64,000 nt of DNA, from positions 19,671-83,670 of the forward strand of contig CAYMNK010000002.1 in NCBI GenBank assembly GCA_964391805.1, read 5' to 3'. Shown in pieces: positions 7,816 to 15,869 of this stretch. The stretch comes from an uncultured Christensenellaceae bacterium (lineage in GTDB: Bacteria; Bacillota; Clostridia; Christensenellales; CAG-1252). Position numbers and translations under genes: made by a program. A model generated the notes under the pieces. That model was given only the letters and a program-made list of their open reading frames with translations, made no database searches and had not been told where the DNA came from. The first letter of the stretch is position 1. Every line of letters starts with the position of its first letter.

Positions 7816-8116
7816 AATTTTATGATATATTGCCGTATTTTGTGTAAAAAGTGTGTGCTATAAAATATTCTTTTTTCAAGGAATTAGATCCTTCGACGAT
7901 CTCAGTATGACCTATATATAACGCACGCCTTGTGTATTCCTTTGGCATATGTTTCTTCTGTTGATTGTCATTTTAATTCTTTCTGAATTTATTATACCAC
8001 ATTCTTTCGCTCAGTATGACATATATATACGTAGTATGATTGCTAACGAAATTAATCCAACATGTTTAAGTAGGATCTAACGATGCAATCTTTTGGTATC
8101 TATTCGCTATTATTTA

Positions 8117-8455
8117 TTAAGAAATGCGTGAGAAAATATAGGAAAGTACTTCGGAAAGTCTTTCGACCATGCCGTACGAAGTGAATTCCTTAATTTGATT
8201 GATCATTATCAATGCAGTAACTACTACCAACAAAGCTACTGCCAATACTATGATAATCCAATATTCACTCATCCATTGAGAACGGCGAAGTTCTTTTTTA
8301 CGCTTTTCGTACTCTTTACGCTCTTTTTTGGATAATGTTTCGACATAAAGTTCCTCTTCATTTTGTTGAATAGGTTCTTTTTCGTCTATATTGTCGATAC
8401 GGGCGTCATCTGCCTTTACAGTATCGTTTTTTGTTTTATCAAAGTCAGGTTTCAT
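8117..8455 (-). CDS. Small membrane protein with a charged N-terminal region and a single TM
   Basis: 112-aa ORF with K/E-rich N-terminus and TM YWIIIVLAVALLVVVTALIMI. A consensus promoter ends 8 nt upstream of the ATG and there is no SD. Confidence 0.55.
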   Translation of the reverse strand: MKPDFDKTKNDTVKADDARIDNIDEKEPIQQNEEELYVETLSKKERKEYEKRKKELRRSQWMSEYWIIIVLAVALLVVVTALIMINQIKEFTSYGMVERLSEVLSYIFSRIS

Positions 8456-8463
8456 CTGTTACT

Positions 8464-8492
8464 ATTATAAGAAATTACGCTTCCTTTGTCAA
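8464..8492 (-). promoter_or_regulatory. Consensus promoter TTGACA-17-TATAAT, 8 nt upstream of ATG 8455
   Basis: Minus strand: TTGACA (8492-8487), 17-nt spacer, TATAAT (8469-8464), then AGTAACAG and the ATG. Confidence 0.65.
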
Positions 8493-8553
8493 GATTTAAT
8501 TACAACTTAATAATTTTTGTTCTATCAAAGACACAATTTCAATAAAATGTTCT

Positions 8554-9543
8554 ATGTCTTCAATTGTTTCATCACTAAAACTCGGCAAGTTCGGCATCTG
8601 TTGCAGTAATGCGTTTAAGTTGATTATTTGTATCGGGGCTTTGATTTTATTCGTCATTCATCCCGAGAGATATGCTCAATCCTTTTTAAACGGACTTACG
8701 CTCTTCGGTAAAAGTGTTTTACCCGTCCTGTTTCCTTTTTTCTTTATAACTAAGGCGCTCAACGCTTTAGGTGTTTCGTCCTCAATAGGTAAGGTGATAG
8801 CAAAACCGATCGGCAAACTATACAATGCCCCACCCGAATCCGCATATATACTCGTTATGAATATGATTTCGGGTTATCCAATAGGCGCAAGCCTTACCGC
8901 GCAATGCTACTCGAATGGCTCAATCGACAAGAATGATGCTTTATGTATAACTTCTTTTTGTTCGTCCGGCGGTCCAATATTCATTTTGGGAACGGTTAAC
9001 GGATTTTTCGGCAATATACGTTTTGCGTTTATTCTATTAATAACCAATTATTTATCCGCTTTTGTCAACGGTTTATTGTTTAGAAACAGGCACCGCAATC
9101 ACGTAAATGGTCCAAACCTCACACAAAACAGCGATACATTACCTAATATCATTAAGGGTAGTGTCGGCAATGTACTGCAAGTAGGCGGTTTTATTGCTCT
9201 TTTCAATATCCTTATAGATATGCTTACCGATATAGGCGTAGTAGATTTTTTTGCATTGCTTTTAAAACCGATTTTAAGTCAACAACAAGCGTTGGCACTT
9301 GCATCAGGCGTAATAGAAATGACAAGAGGGTGCAGTATGCTCTCCGCTTCGGGCGCTACCGTTTTCAATGGGTGCATCGCTTCGTTTATGATCGCTTTCG
9401 GCGGTATCGGCATCGCTATGCAGTCAATAAGCTACCTCGGCAAATGCGGTATCACTATGGGAGAACTGCTCCTTCGCAAACTGTCGCAAGCCACTATCGC
9501 TTTCGTGCTTGCTCTACCCTTGGGATTGCTACTACTAACTTAA
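8554..9543 (+). CDS. ylbJ: YlbJ-family integral membrane protein (nucleoside-recognition/Gate-type)
   Basis: Polytopic 329-aa protein with MNMISGYPIGASL, like the YlbJ ISGYPxGA motif. Sits convergent to rsmD-coaD, as in the Bacillus ylbH-ylbI-ylbJ region. Confidence 0.7.
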   Translation: MSSIVSSLKLGKFGICCSNAFKLIICIGALILFVIHPERYAQSFLNGLTLFGKSVLPVLFPFFFITKALNALGVSSSIGKVIAKPIGKLYNAPPESAYILVMNMISGYPIGASLTAQCYSNGSIDKNDALCITSFCSSGGPIFILGTVNGFFGNIRFAFILLITNYLSAFVNGLLFRNRHRNHVNGPNLTQNSDTLPNIIKGSVGNVLQVGGFIALFNILIDMLTDIGVVDFFALLLKPILSQQQALALASGVIEMTRGCSMLSASGATVFNGCIASFMIAFGGIGIAMQSISYLGKCGITMGELLLRKLSQATIAFVLALPLGLLLLT

Positions 9544-10022
9544 CGAATATGACGTTCGTACAATTCCTCTACCAATTCAATGGAATTGTCTGCTATAAAC
9601 CCTTCTAAAGATTCTTTGGCTACAATGCGACGTCTGACTTCGGTGGACGAAATGAAGGACATCTTGTTGCTCAAGAAACATACCGTATCCACACCGCCTT
9701 CTCCTAAATTGTATTCGGACATTTCGATTTCGTAGTCAAGGTCGCTTTCGGAACGGATGCCCCTTATCAAACAGTCAACTTCTAATTCGTGAGCAATGTT
9801 TATCGTTAAGCCGGCATACGAGATAACCGCAATGTTCTCTAATCCCTCGCAAGTCTTCCTGATTATAGCGATTCGATCCTCAACATTAAACAAATATTTC
9901 TTGGACGGGTTGACGAGGATAGCAATGTAAACCTTGTCAAACAATTTACACGCACGGCGCACCATGTCTAAATGCCCTTTGGTAAATGGATCGAAACTTC
10001 CTGTCACCATACACTTTTTCAT
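9540..10022 (-). CDS. coaD: Phosphopantetheine adenylyltransferase
   Basis: 160 aa. N-terminal GSFDPFTKGH nucleotidyltransferase motif and ISSTEVRRR near the C-terminus. Confidence 0.95.
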   Translation of the reverse strand: MKKCMVTGSFDPFTKGHLDMVRRACKLFDKVYIAILVNPSKKYLFNVEDRIAIIRKTCEGLENIAVISYAGLTINIAHELEVDCLIRGIRSESDLDYEIEMSEYNLGEGGVDTVCFLSNKMSFISSTEVRRRIVAKESLEGFIADNSIELVEELYERHIR

Positions 10023-10025
10023 AAG

Positions 10026-10553
10026 TTATTCTCCTTTTTTATAAAAAGATATTGTACAATATCCGTATTTTCGCGAGTCCTTTAGTGCAAGTCCTCGTAT
10101 TTCATCCGATTTGTCGCTATTGTGCTCGTAAATAACAACCGTGTCATCATTGATTAGTCCTTTTTTCAACAATTCATCTACAACAGGCTGAATGTCGAGT
10201 TTATAAGGGGGATCGAGAAAAATGTAGTTAAAAGGCGCTTTTTCGAGTCTAATGGCTGTCTTAAAGTCGTAATTGGTAATCTTGATGTCCTTTTCGGTCA
10301 CCAAAGCAACGTTTTTACGGATAATGTCAACACTTTTCTTGGCACTATCGTTAATTGTTACCGTTGCACCTCTCGAATATGCCTCTATTCCTACCGCTCC
10401 GCTTCCTCCGAAAAGATCGTAAAAAGTGCCGTTTATATACTGTCCGAGTATATTGAACAAGCTTTCACGAACCTTGTCTAAGGTCGGTCTTACATCGTCG
10501 TCTACGGGCGAATATAGTTTTCTTCCTTTGTGTTTACCACCTACAATTCTCAT
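10026..10553 (-). CDS. rsmD: 16S rRNA (guanine966-N2)-methyltransferase RsmD
   Basis: MRIVGGKHKGRKL, DLFGGSGAVGIEAYSRGA and the DPPY motif. Immediately upstream of coaD. Confidence 0.9.
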   Translation of the reverse strand: MRIVGGKHKGRKLYSPVDDDVRPTLDKVRESLFNILGQYINGTFYDLFGGSGAVGIEAYSRGATVTINDSAKKSVDIIRKNVALVTEKDIKITNYDFKTAIRLEKAPFNYIFLDPPYKLDIQPVVDELLKKGLINDDTVVIYEHNSDKSDEIRGLALKDSRKYGYCTISFYKKGE

Positions 10554-10598
10554 TTATTGTCCTTTTTTATATTATTGGTCGCTATCGCTAAGATTAAT

Positions 10599-10627
10599 GC
10601 GGATTTAGATACCGACGCTATGCGTCG
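10599..10627 (+). repeat. Rep-1 head module only (GCGGATTTAGATACCGACGC-TAT-GCGTCG)
   Basis: Matches the 5' part of copy b (16644), with a different loop. Confidence 0.7.
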
Positions 10628-10686
10628 TTTAATAATGTTTGCCTTTGACAAATGAAGCAATACTAAGCAATATTGCGAATGACGAA

Positions 10687-10714
10687 GGCGGGCGATTACT
10701 AATCGCCCCTACAT
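10687..10714 (+). repeat. Rep-2 palindrome module GGCGGGCGATTACTAATCGCCCCTACAT
   Basis: Identical core to 7794-7815 and shares the CCCCTACAT tail with 7731-7739. Confidence 0.8.
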
Positions 10715-10739
10715 TGGTGTATGTGCATTTTTATATATG

Positions 10740-11714
10740 CTATTCGATATATTCGAATTTACAGCGCCCGGTCAAGCCGACGTAAATCTCATAAGGAATT
10801 TTACCGCTCGCTTCGGCAAGAGCTGAAACACTTTTCAAACCCTTGATTATCGTAACTTCGTCACCTACTTCGGCTATGCAATTTAGTTCCACTATAAATG
10901 TATCCATACACACTGCAACTATCGGATGGTACTTATCGCGAATACGAACTTTGTATCCCAGACTATTGCGCGGAATTCCGTCGGCATAACCGCCGTATAC
11001 TATAGCAATCCTCGTTTTATTCTTCGCCTCATATATGCCGTTATAGCCGGCACGCTCACCTGCTCTTAGAGTCTTTACTAACGCTATTCGTGTAGTCACG
11101 GTCAACACATCCGAGTACGCGGTAAAACCTATTCTGCGCATATCATACTTATCACCCTTCGATGTTCCCGATGCCGCTGCATGACGCAGTAATCGCCCTA
11201 AATGTCGTTCGGCAAAATCGATATGTTTATCGAACTGCCTTACCTCGCTTTCCTTGGCTTCAGCGGACGAAAAATGAGTACAAATTCCGCTTATCTCAAC
11301 TCGCGATAACCGCTTAGAAACCATTATCATCTTAGACGTGTCTTTGAGCGTTTTACATCCAAATCGTCCCATTCCGCTATCCACTTTGAGATGCACGCGC
11401 ACCGACTTCGTGGAATAATCATTAATGGCAATCAAATGACACACGTCCGAAACCATGGGCGTCAATGCGTACCTATCATACAATGCGCTCATTCTAATAT
11501 CGGGCGCAGTGATAAGAATCGGCTTATCGGTATACTCCCTAAGTCTTACACCCTCACATTCGGTCGCCACGCCAAATGCCGTCACTAAATCGGATACCGC
11601 TTTAACAAGAGGCATTCCGTGTCCGTATGCGTTCGCCTTGACCATCAAAGCAACGGGATATTCAAGCTTTTTGACATTCTTTCGTAAGGTTGATAATTTA
11701 ACCCTGCAATTCAT
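10740..11714 (-). CDS. alr: Alanine racemase
   Basis: PLP-lysine motif MVKANAYGHG near the N-terminus and an alr-like C-terminal beta domain. 324 aa, which is short for the family. Confidence 0.85.
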   Translation of the reverse strand: MNCRVKLSTLRKNVKKLEYPVALMVKANAYGHGMPLVKAVSDLVTAFGVATECEGVRLREYTDKPILITAPDIRMSALYDRYALTPMVSDVCHLIAINDYSTKSVRVHLKVDSGMGRFGCKTLKDTSKMIMVSKRLSRVEISGICTHFSSAEAKESEVRQFDKHIDFAERHLGRLLRHAAASGTSKGDKYDMRRIGFTAYSDVLTVTTRIALVKTLRAGERAGYNGIYEAKNKTRIAIVYGGYADGIPRNSLGYKVRIRDKYHPIVAVCMDTFIVELNCIAEVGDEVTIIKGLKSVSALAEASGKIPYEIYVGLTGRCKFEYIE

Positions 11715-11747
11715 ATGAAATGATATGCCAAACCTCTCTATTATTTG

Positions 11748-12275
11748 CTACGCTTTTACGTATTTTTGTGTATATGCCGATTCGATTTCGCCCTCGATTT
11801 CCGGCAAGTCGGCTCGCAACAGTTCAAGAACACGCTCCTTGGTAAATCCCATAATTCTCAGCGCCAATAAGCACCCTATCAACGAATTTGAATTATATTC
11901 AAAAACTTTAAAACAACTGTTTAAACACTTCTGTGCACAATCTTTGGGGTATGCGCTAATTCCTCGAAGGACCGGTATCGGCATTATAGTTTTATTGGCT
12001 ATAACCATTCCGCCTTCATCCTTGGGATAAAAACGAACATTTAAAGACTCCGCCTGTTCAAGTGATATCACGACGTCTGCTCCACCCTCGAGAATCGGTC
12101 CGTATCCACCGCCTATTCGAATAGAATAACGGTCAACTGTCCGCTCGGGCGAAAACCCTTTTTCGGTATCGATATACAAATTTTCATTCAACGATCGTGC
12201 TAACTTGTCGAAAAAATCGATATATTTTCGAACGTTCTGTCCACCGACCGCACATATCAATATGTCAATTTTCAT
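11748..12275 (-). CDS. iorB: Indolepyruvate/2-oxoacid:ferredoxin oxidoreductase beta (gamma-domain) subunit-like
   Basis: 175 aa with N-terminal ILICAVGGQNV nucleotide-fold motif. Overlaps the upstream alpha-like gene by 11 nt. Confidence 0.65.
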   Translation of the reverse strand: MKIDILICAVGGQNVRKYIDFFDKLARSLNENLYIDTEKGFSPERTVDRYSIRIGGGYGPILEGGADVVISLEQAESLNVRFYPKDEGGMVIANKTIMPIPVLRGISAYPKDCAQKCLNSCFKVFEYNSNSLIGCLLALRIMGFTKERVLELLRADLPEIEGEIESAYTQKYVKA

Positions 12276-13653
12276 ATTTGCAAACCTTATCCGTTACTAC
12301 AAAGTATACGCCTTGCTCGATTCTGTCAAGTGCTTCAAATTGTTTTTCATCCAAAACATGCACTTCTTTTACTAAAGGGATGTATTTCTCAAAATCGTTA
12401 CCGCTTACATGTACTATAACGGCAACAGCGGAATCATTGATTTCATCGAATATACGATATTGCTCGCAAAACTCCTTATATGTAAGAATACATATACACA
12501 TACCCTTTTTACCAAATGCAAGAGCGGATGGCAACGAGTATTTGAGTCCTAACTCGGTTGCGCCTAAAAATCCACCGCCAAGTACACCACATCCGTTATC
12601 GGTAAATATGGGATAATCGAACGCCTTAGCTTTGATAAAAACAGATACAAAGCCACAGTCGATACAAAAGTCGGGAGTTCGCGGTGTGGATTTTGCCCCT
12701 TCTTCAGCATAAGCTCGCTTTAGAAGTGCTACCGATATCTCTCGAACCGTCCGCGGTCCGCTATTCGGGAATAACGCCTCTCCTATACAGTCTATTCCGT
12801 TCTTTTTGAGTTCAATTTCGATAAAGGGATGCTCCTCTATTACATATAATTTAGAATGCTTGGTGGCAAAATCTTTCAGTTTGTTAATTGGCAAAGGATA
12901 TGATATTCCGAGCGAAAATAACGCTACATCACCCATGCATTCTTTAACGCTTCTTGCAACCGAACCCGATGCTATTATTCCTATATCTCCACCATTGTCA
13001 CTTATGCTATTTACAGGAAAACCGTCGACGTCTTCCGCTATTCTTTGGCGTCTAACCTCGACATCCTCTCTACACAACTTAACAGTTGACGGCAATAATA
13101 CGTATTTGGACGGATCACGCCTATAAGGTCTATCCTTGATAATCTTCTTTTCGCCAATCTCGACATAACAAAATGAATCGAACAAGCGTCTGTTAACCCT
13201 AATCACTACCGGTATATCGTATTTTTCGCTAAAGTTAAAAGATATTTTGATAAAGCGCTTGATTTCATACGGATCGGACGGCTCGAAAATCGGATAATTA
13301 CATGCCGATAAAAACGGCCTCGAATCATATCCGATATGATCATTATCCTCTAAATATAGTATAACCAACGCTCCGTTTATTCCGGTATATCCGTACGCCG
13401 ATGCTAAGTCAAAGGGAATAGCCGATAAAAAGCAAACCGTTCGCTTACCCGATAGCGCTAAACCAAACGCATAAGATAATGCCGTTTTTTCGTCGGTTAG
13501 CCTTGTAACTTGTAAATCCACATCGTTAGGAATTACTCGATGATTATAGGGCAACGAGCCAAAAACAAAATGAGATGCACCGCCTTCGTATGCACCTTGA
13601 AATGTGGCATTGTAGCCGTCTAAAAGTTTTTTTTCGGGTAGGTTATTCTCCAT
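12265..13653 (-). CDS. iorA: Indolepyruvate/2-oxoacid:ferredoxin oxidoreductase alpha subunit-like (no ferredoxin Cys motifs seen)
   Basis: N-terminal LLDGYNATFQGAYEGGASHFVFGSLPYN, like the IorA/PorA N-terminus. TPP-domain-like FTDNGCGVLGG. GAGGTGAT SD. Confidence 0.65.
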   Translation of the reverse strand: MENNLPEKKLLDGYNATFQGAYEGGASHFVFGSLPYNHRVIPNDVDLQVTRLTDEKTALSYAFGLALSGKRTVCFLSAIPFDLASAYGYTGINGALVILYLEDNDHIGYDSRPFLSACNYPIFEPSDPYEIKRFIKISFNFSEKYDIPVVIRVNRRLFDSFCYVEIGEKKIIKDRPYRRDPSKYVLLPSTVKLCREDVEVRRQRIAEDVDGFPVNSISDNGGDIGIIASGSVARSVKECMGDVALFSLGISYPLPINKLKDFATKHSKLYVIEEHPFIEIELKKNGIDCIGEALFPNSGPRTVREISVALLKRAYAEEGAKSTPRTPDFCIDCGFVSVFIKAKAFDYPIFTDNGCGVLGGGFLGATELGLKYSLPSALAFGKKGMCICILTYKEFCEQYRIFDEINDSAVAVIVHVSGNDFEKYIPLVKEVHVLDEKQFEALDRIEQGVYFVVTDKVCKYEN

Positions 13654-14128
13654 CCTCTATCACCTCAACCGACACATGCGGATTGAGTTTTTGAATTTCG
13701 TCGATTATTTTGTCCGATTTAGAGGGGAATACCGATAGCACTAAGAAGCCTACATAATCTTCTTTGGTTTCGTCCTCTACGTATAACACGGTCAAACCGC
13801 TCTTTTTATCGCGCTTAATCGTGAGCAACTTTTCGGCAAGATATACCGTTTTGGTCAGTTTTCGATATATAAATGCGTTGTCGGTCACTTCATATCGATT
13901 GCAAAATAAAAATGCGGTTACAAATATCAACGCCAAGAAGCACACCGCAACCGATGCTATCTCTAAACCTCTGTAATAGGATACAAGTGTTCCTATTCCA
14001 AGCACTTTCATCAAATTGTATAATCCGCCTACAAGGAAAAGGACACACATGATAGCGTAAAACACATACACGGATGTCGGATGCTTATAATAATAAATCT
14101 TTACTTCATTCGTTTGTTTTTTCATCAT
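13643..14128 (-). CDS. Hypothetical membrane protein (2 TM + soluble C-terminal domain)
   Basis: 161-aa ORF with two hydrophobic spans. Overlaps the iorA-like start by 11 nt. Confidence 0.55.
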   Translation of the reverse strand: MMKKQTNEVKIYYYKHPTSVYVFYAIMCVLFLVGGLYNLMKVLGIGTLVSYYRGLEIASVAVCFLALIFVTAFLFCNRYEVTDNAFIYRKLTKTVYLAEKLLTIKRDKKSGLTVLYVEDETKEDYVGFLVLSVFPSKSDKIIDEIQKLNPHVSVEVIEDGE

Positions 14129-14206
14129 ATTATTATTATATAAGAAAGATTGGCATTTTTCAAGGGCTGTTTCGGTGTTTTTTTATAAAGATTATATAAT
14201 AATTTG

Positions 14207-14235
14207 TTTCAAAATAAAAAAAATTATGCTATACT
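14207..14235 (+). promoter_or_regulatory. Promoter TTTCAA-17-TGcTATACT, 6 nt upstream of the rdgB ATG
   Basis: Extended -10 TGCTATACT (14227-14235), then AAGGGT and ATG 14242. Confidence 0.55.
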
Positions 14236-14241
14236 AAGGGT

Positions 14242-14817
14242 ATGAAAGTTATCGTTGCAACTAATAATCAACACAAACTCTCCGAAATGAGAGCAATTTT
14301 GGGTTCAAAACTCGAACTCGTTTCTATGTCCGAATTCGGCATCGATATGAATATCGAGGAAAACGGCTCGACACTCGAGGAAAATTCAAGAATCAAGGCT
14401 TTGGCTGTATCGAGAATTGCTAATTTGCCGACATTGGCTGACGATACCGGGCTTTTGGTCGACGCTCTTAACGGAGCACCCGGCGTTTTTTCGGCAAGAT
14501 TCGCAGGAGTCGAACACAACGATAAGAAAAACCGCGAAAAATTGCTCGAAGAATTGTCGAATGTGGAATACAAGAATCGTACCGCTCATTTCGAAACTGT
14601 GTTGACATTGCTCTACCCCGACGGACACGAGATCGTCGCCAAAGGCGCAGTATATGGTCACATTCTCGAAAAAGAGGTCGGTGATAACGGTTTTGGATAC
14701 GATTCCTTGTTTTACGCCGATGAACTCGGTAAATCGTTCGCGGAAGCAAGTGCCGAAGATAAAAATTCGATAAGTCACAGAGGACGCGCCCTTCAAGCGC
14801 TACTCGAAAAACTATAA
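14242..14817 (+). CDS. rdgB: Non-canonical purine NTP pyrophosphatase (RdgB/HAM1)
   Basis: VIVATNNQHKLSEMRAIL, DDTGL, GAPGVFSARFAG, GFGYDSLF and SHRGRAL motifs. Confidence 0.93.
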   Translation: MKVIVATNNQHKLSEMRAILGSKLELVSMSEFGIDMNIEENGSTLEENSRIKALAVSRIANLPTLADDTGLLVDALNGAPGVFSARFAGVEHNDKKNREKLLEELSNVEYKNRTAHFETVLTLLYPDGHEIVAKGAVYGHILEKEVGDNGFGYDSLFYADELGKSFAEASAEDKNSISHRGRALQALLEKL

Positions 14818-14822
14818 CGACA

Positions 14823-15299
14823 ATGAAAAAGATTCTTGTTTTTTCCGATTGCCATTACGATAAGGATGCCGTCGGACTTTTGATGAATAAAATCGACGAA
14901 TATGACTACGTGTATTTTTTAGGAGACGGATTGGATAATATTACATTGTATTCGTACGCTTATCCTAATAAAATAGATGCGGTCAGAGGTAATTGCGATT
15001 ATTATTGCTACGGCAACATACCCTACGAGATTACCAATACCGTAGAAGGCGTAACCATTTTTCTAACACACGGTCACCTCTATAGAGCAAAATCATCACT
15101 CGACGAACTCGAGGTGCAAGCTTGTAAGCATAATGCAAACATTGTCCTTTACGGTCATACTCATTGTCAAGAAAAGTGTGAAAGAGAGGGCGTAATTTAC
15201 CTAAACCCGGGTGCTTTATGCGCTTCTCCCTATCCTCAATACGCCGAAATTACTATAAATGAAAAAAATATCCAAATTTACTTGAGAAAACTTCATTAG
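14823..15299 (+). CDS. YfcE/YsnB-like metallophosphoesterase (MJ0936 family)
   Basis: SDCHYD, GDG, THGH and GHTH motifs. Follows rdgB, as ysnA-ysnB does in Bacillus. Confidence 0.85.
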   Translation: MKKILVFSDCHYDKDAVGLLMNKIDEYDYVYFLGDGLDNITLYSYAYPNKIDAVRGNCDYYCYGNIPYEITNTVEGVTIFLTHGHLYRAKSSLDELEVQACKHNANIVLYGHTHCQEKCEREGVIYLNPGALCASPYPQYAEITINEKNIQIYLRKLH

Positions 15300-15304
15300 A
15301 TTAG

Positions 15305-15333
15305 TTGACAAATTTTTCTTAAAATGGTAATAT
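15305..15333 (+). promoter_or_regulatory. Promoter TTGACA-17-TGgTAATAT for the tRNA cluster
   Basis: -35 at 15305-15310 and extended -10 at 15325-15333, about 20 nt before tRNA-Gly. Confidence 0.7.
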
Positions 15334-15354
15334 CTAATAGCGTTAATTGAGTCT

Positions 15355-15428
15355 GCGAGTGTAGTTCAAAGGCAGAATCCCAGCCTTCCAAGCTGGTTGT
15401 GTGGGTTCGATTCCCATCACTCGCTCCA
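15355..15428 (+). tRNA. tRNA-Gly (TCC)
   Basis: Acceptor GCGAGTG/CACTCGC, anticodon arm CCAGC-CTTCCAA-GCTGG, T-loop GGTTCGATTCC, CCA encoded. Confidence 0.92.
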
Positions 15429-15432
15429 ACAT

Positions 15433-15508
15433 GGTTCAGTAGCTCAGTGGATAGAGCAACGGCCTTCTAAGCCGTAGGTCGAGGGTTCGAATCCCCCCTG
15501 GATCACCA
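15433..15508 (+). tRNA. tRNA-Arg (TCT)
   Basis: Anticodon arm ACGGC-CTTCTAA-GCCGT, T-loop GGTTCGAATCC, acceptor stem with two G-U pairs, CCA encoded. Confidence 0.85.
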
Positions 15509-15514
15509 AGGTGT

Positions 15515-15592
15515 GGTGGGATTAGCTCAGATGGTTAGAGCGCCAGGTTGTGGCCCTGGAGGCCAAGGGTTCGAATCCCTTATCTCACCCCA
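15515..15592 (+). tRNA. tRNA-His (GTG) with extra 5' G(-1)
   Basis: Anticodon arm CCAGG-TTGTGGC-CCTGG, G-1 opposite C73, T-arm AAGGG-TTCGAAT-CCCTT, CCA encoded. Confidence 0.9.
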
Positions 15593-15623
15593 TACTTAAT
15601 TAATCACTCGAAATCGCTAACTT

Positions 15624-15698
15624 AGGGGTATCGCCAAGCGGTAAGGCACTAGACTTTGACTCTAGCATTCGTAGGTTCAAATCCTGCTACCCCTGCCA
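15624..15698 (+). tRNA. tRNA-Gln (TTG)
   Basis: Acceptor AGGGGTA/TACCCCT, anticodon arm CTAGA-CTTTGAC-TCTAG, CCA encoded. Confidence 0.9.
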
Positions 15699-15774
15699 GA
15701 CCCACTAGCTCAGAAGGTAGAGCATTTGACTTTTAATCAAAGGGTCCGGGGTTCGAATCCCCGGTGGGTCACCA
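15699..15774 (+). tRNA. tRNA-Lys (TTT)
   Basis: Acceptor GACCCAC/GTGGGTC, anticodon arm TTTGA-CTTTTAA-TCAAA, T-arm CCGGGGTTCGAATCCCCGG, CCA encoded. Abuts tRNA-Gln with 0-nt spacer. Confidence 0.92.
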
Positions 15775-15869
15775 AGGGCTGTCTATGATTTTCTAGGCAG
15801 CCCTAAATTAAATGTACTGATTGGGATTCACCTCCCTCTTTTGATTCCAATCAGTACCCTCCTTTTTAA

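Noticed and set aside
14268-14796. Four overlapping ORFs antisense to or out of frame with rdgB
   Set aside because: rdgB carries all the family motifs in its own frame, so these are shadow ORFs.
15814-15869. A 16S rRNA gene fragment or rRNA operon next to the tRNAs
   Set aside because: Only about 19 nt resemble the 16S 3' end, and no further rRNA sequence flanks it. Kept only as a low-interest observation.
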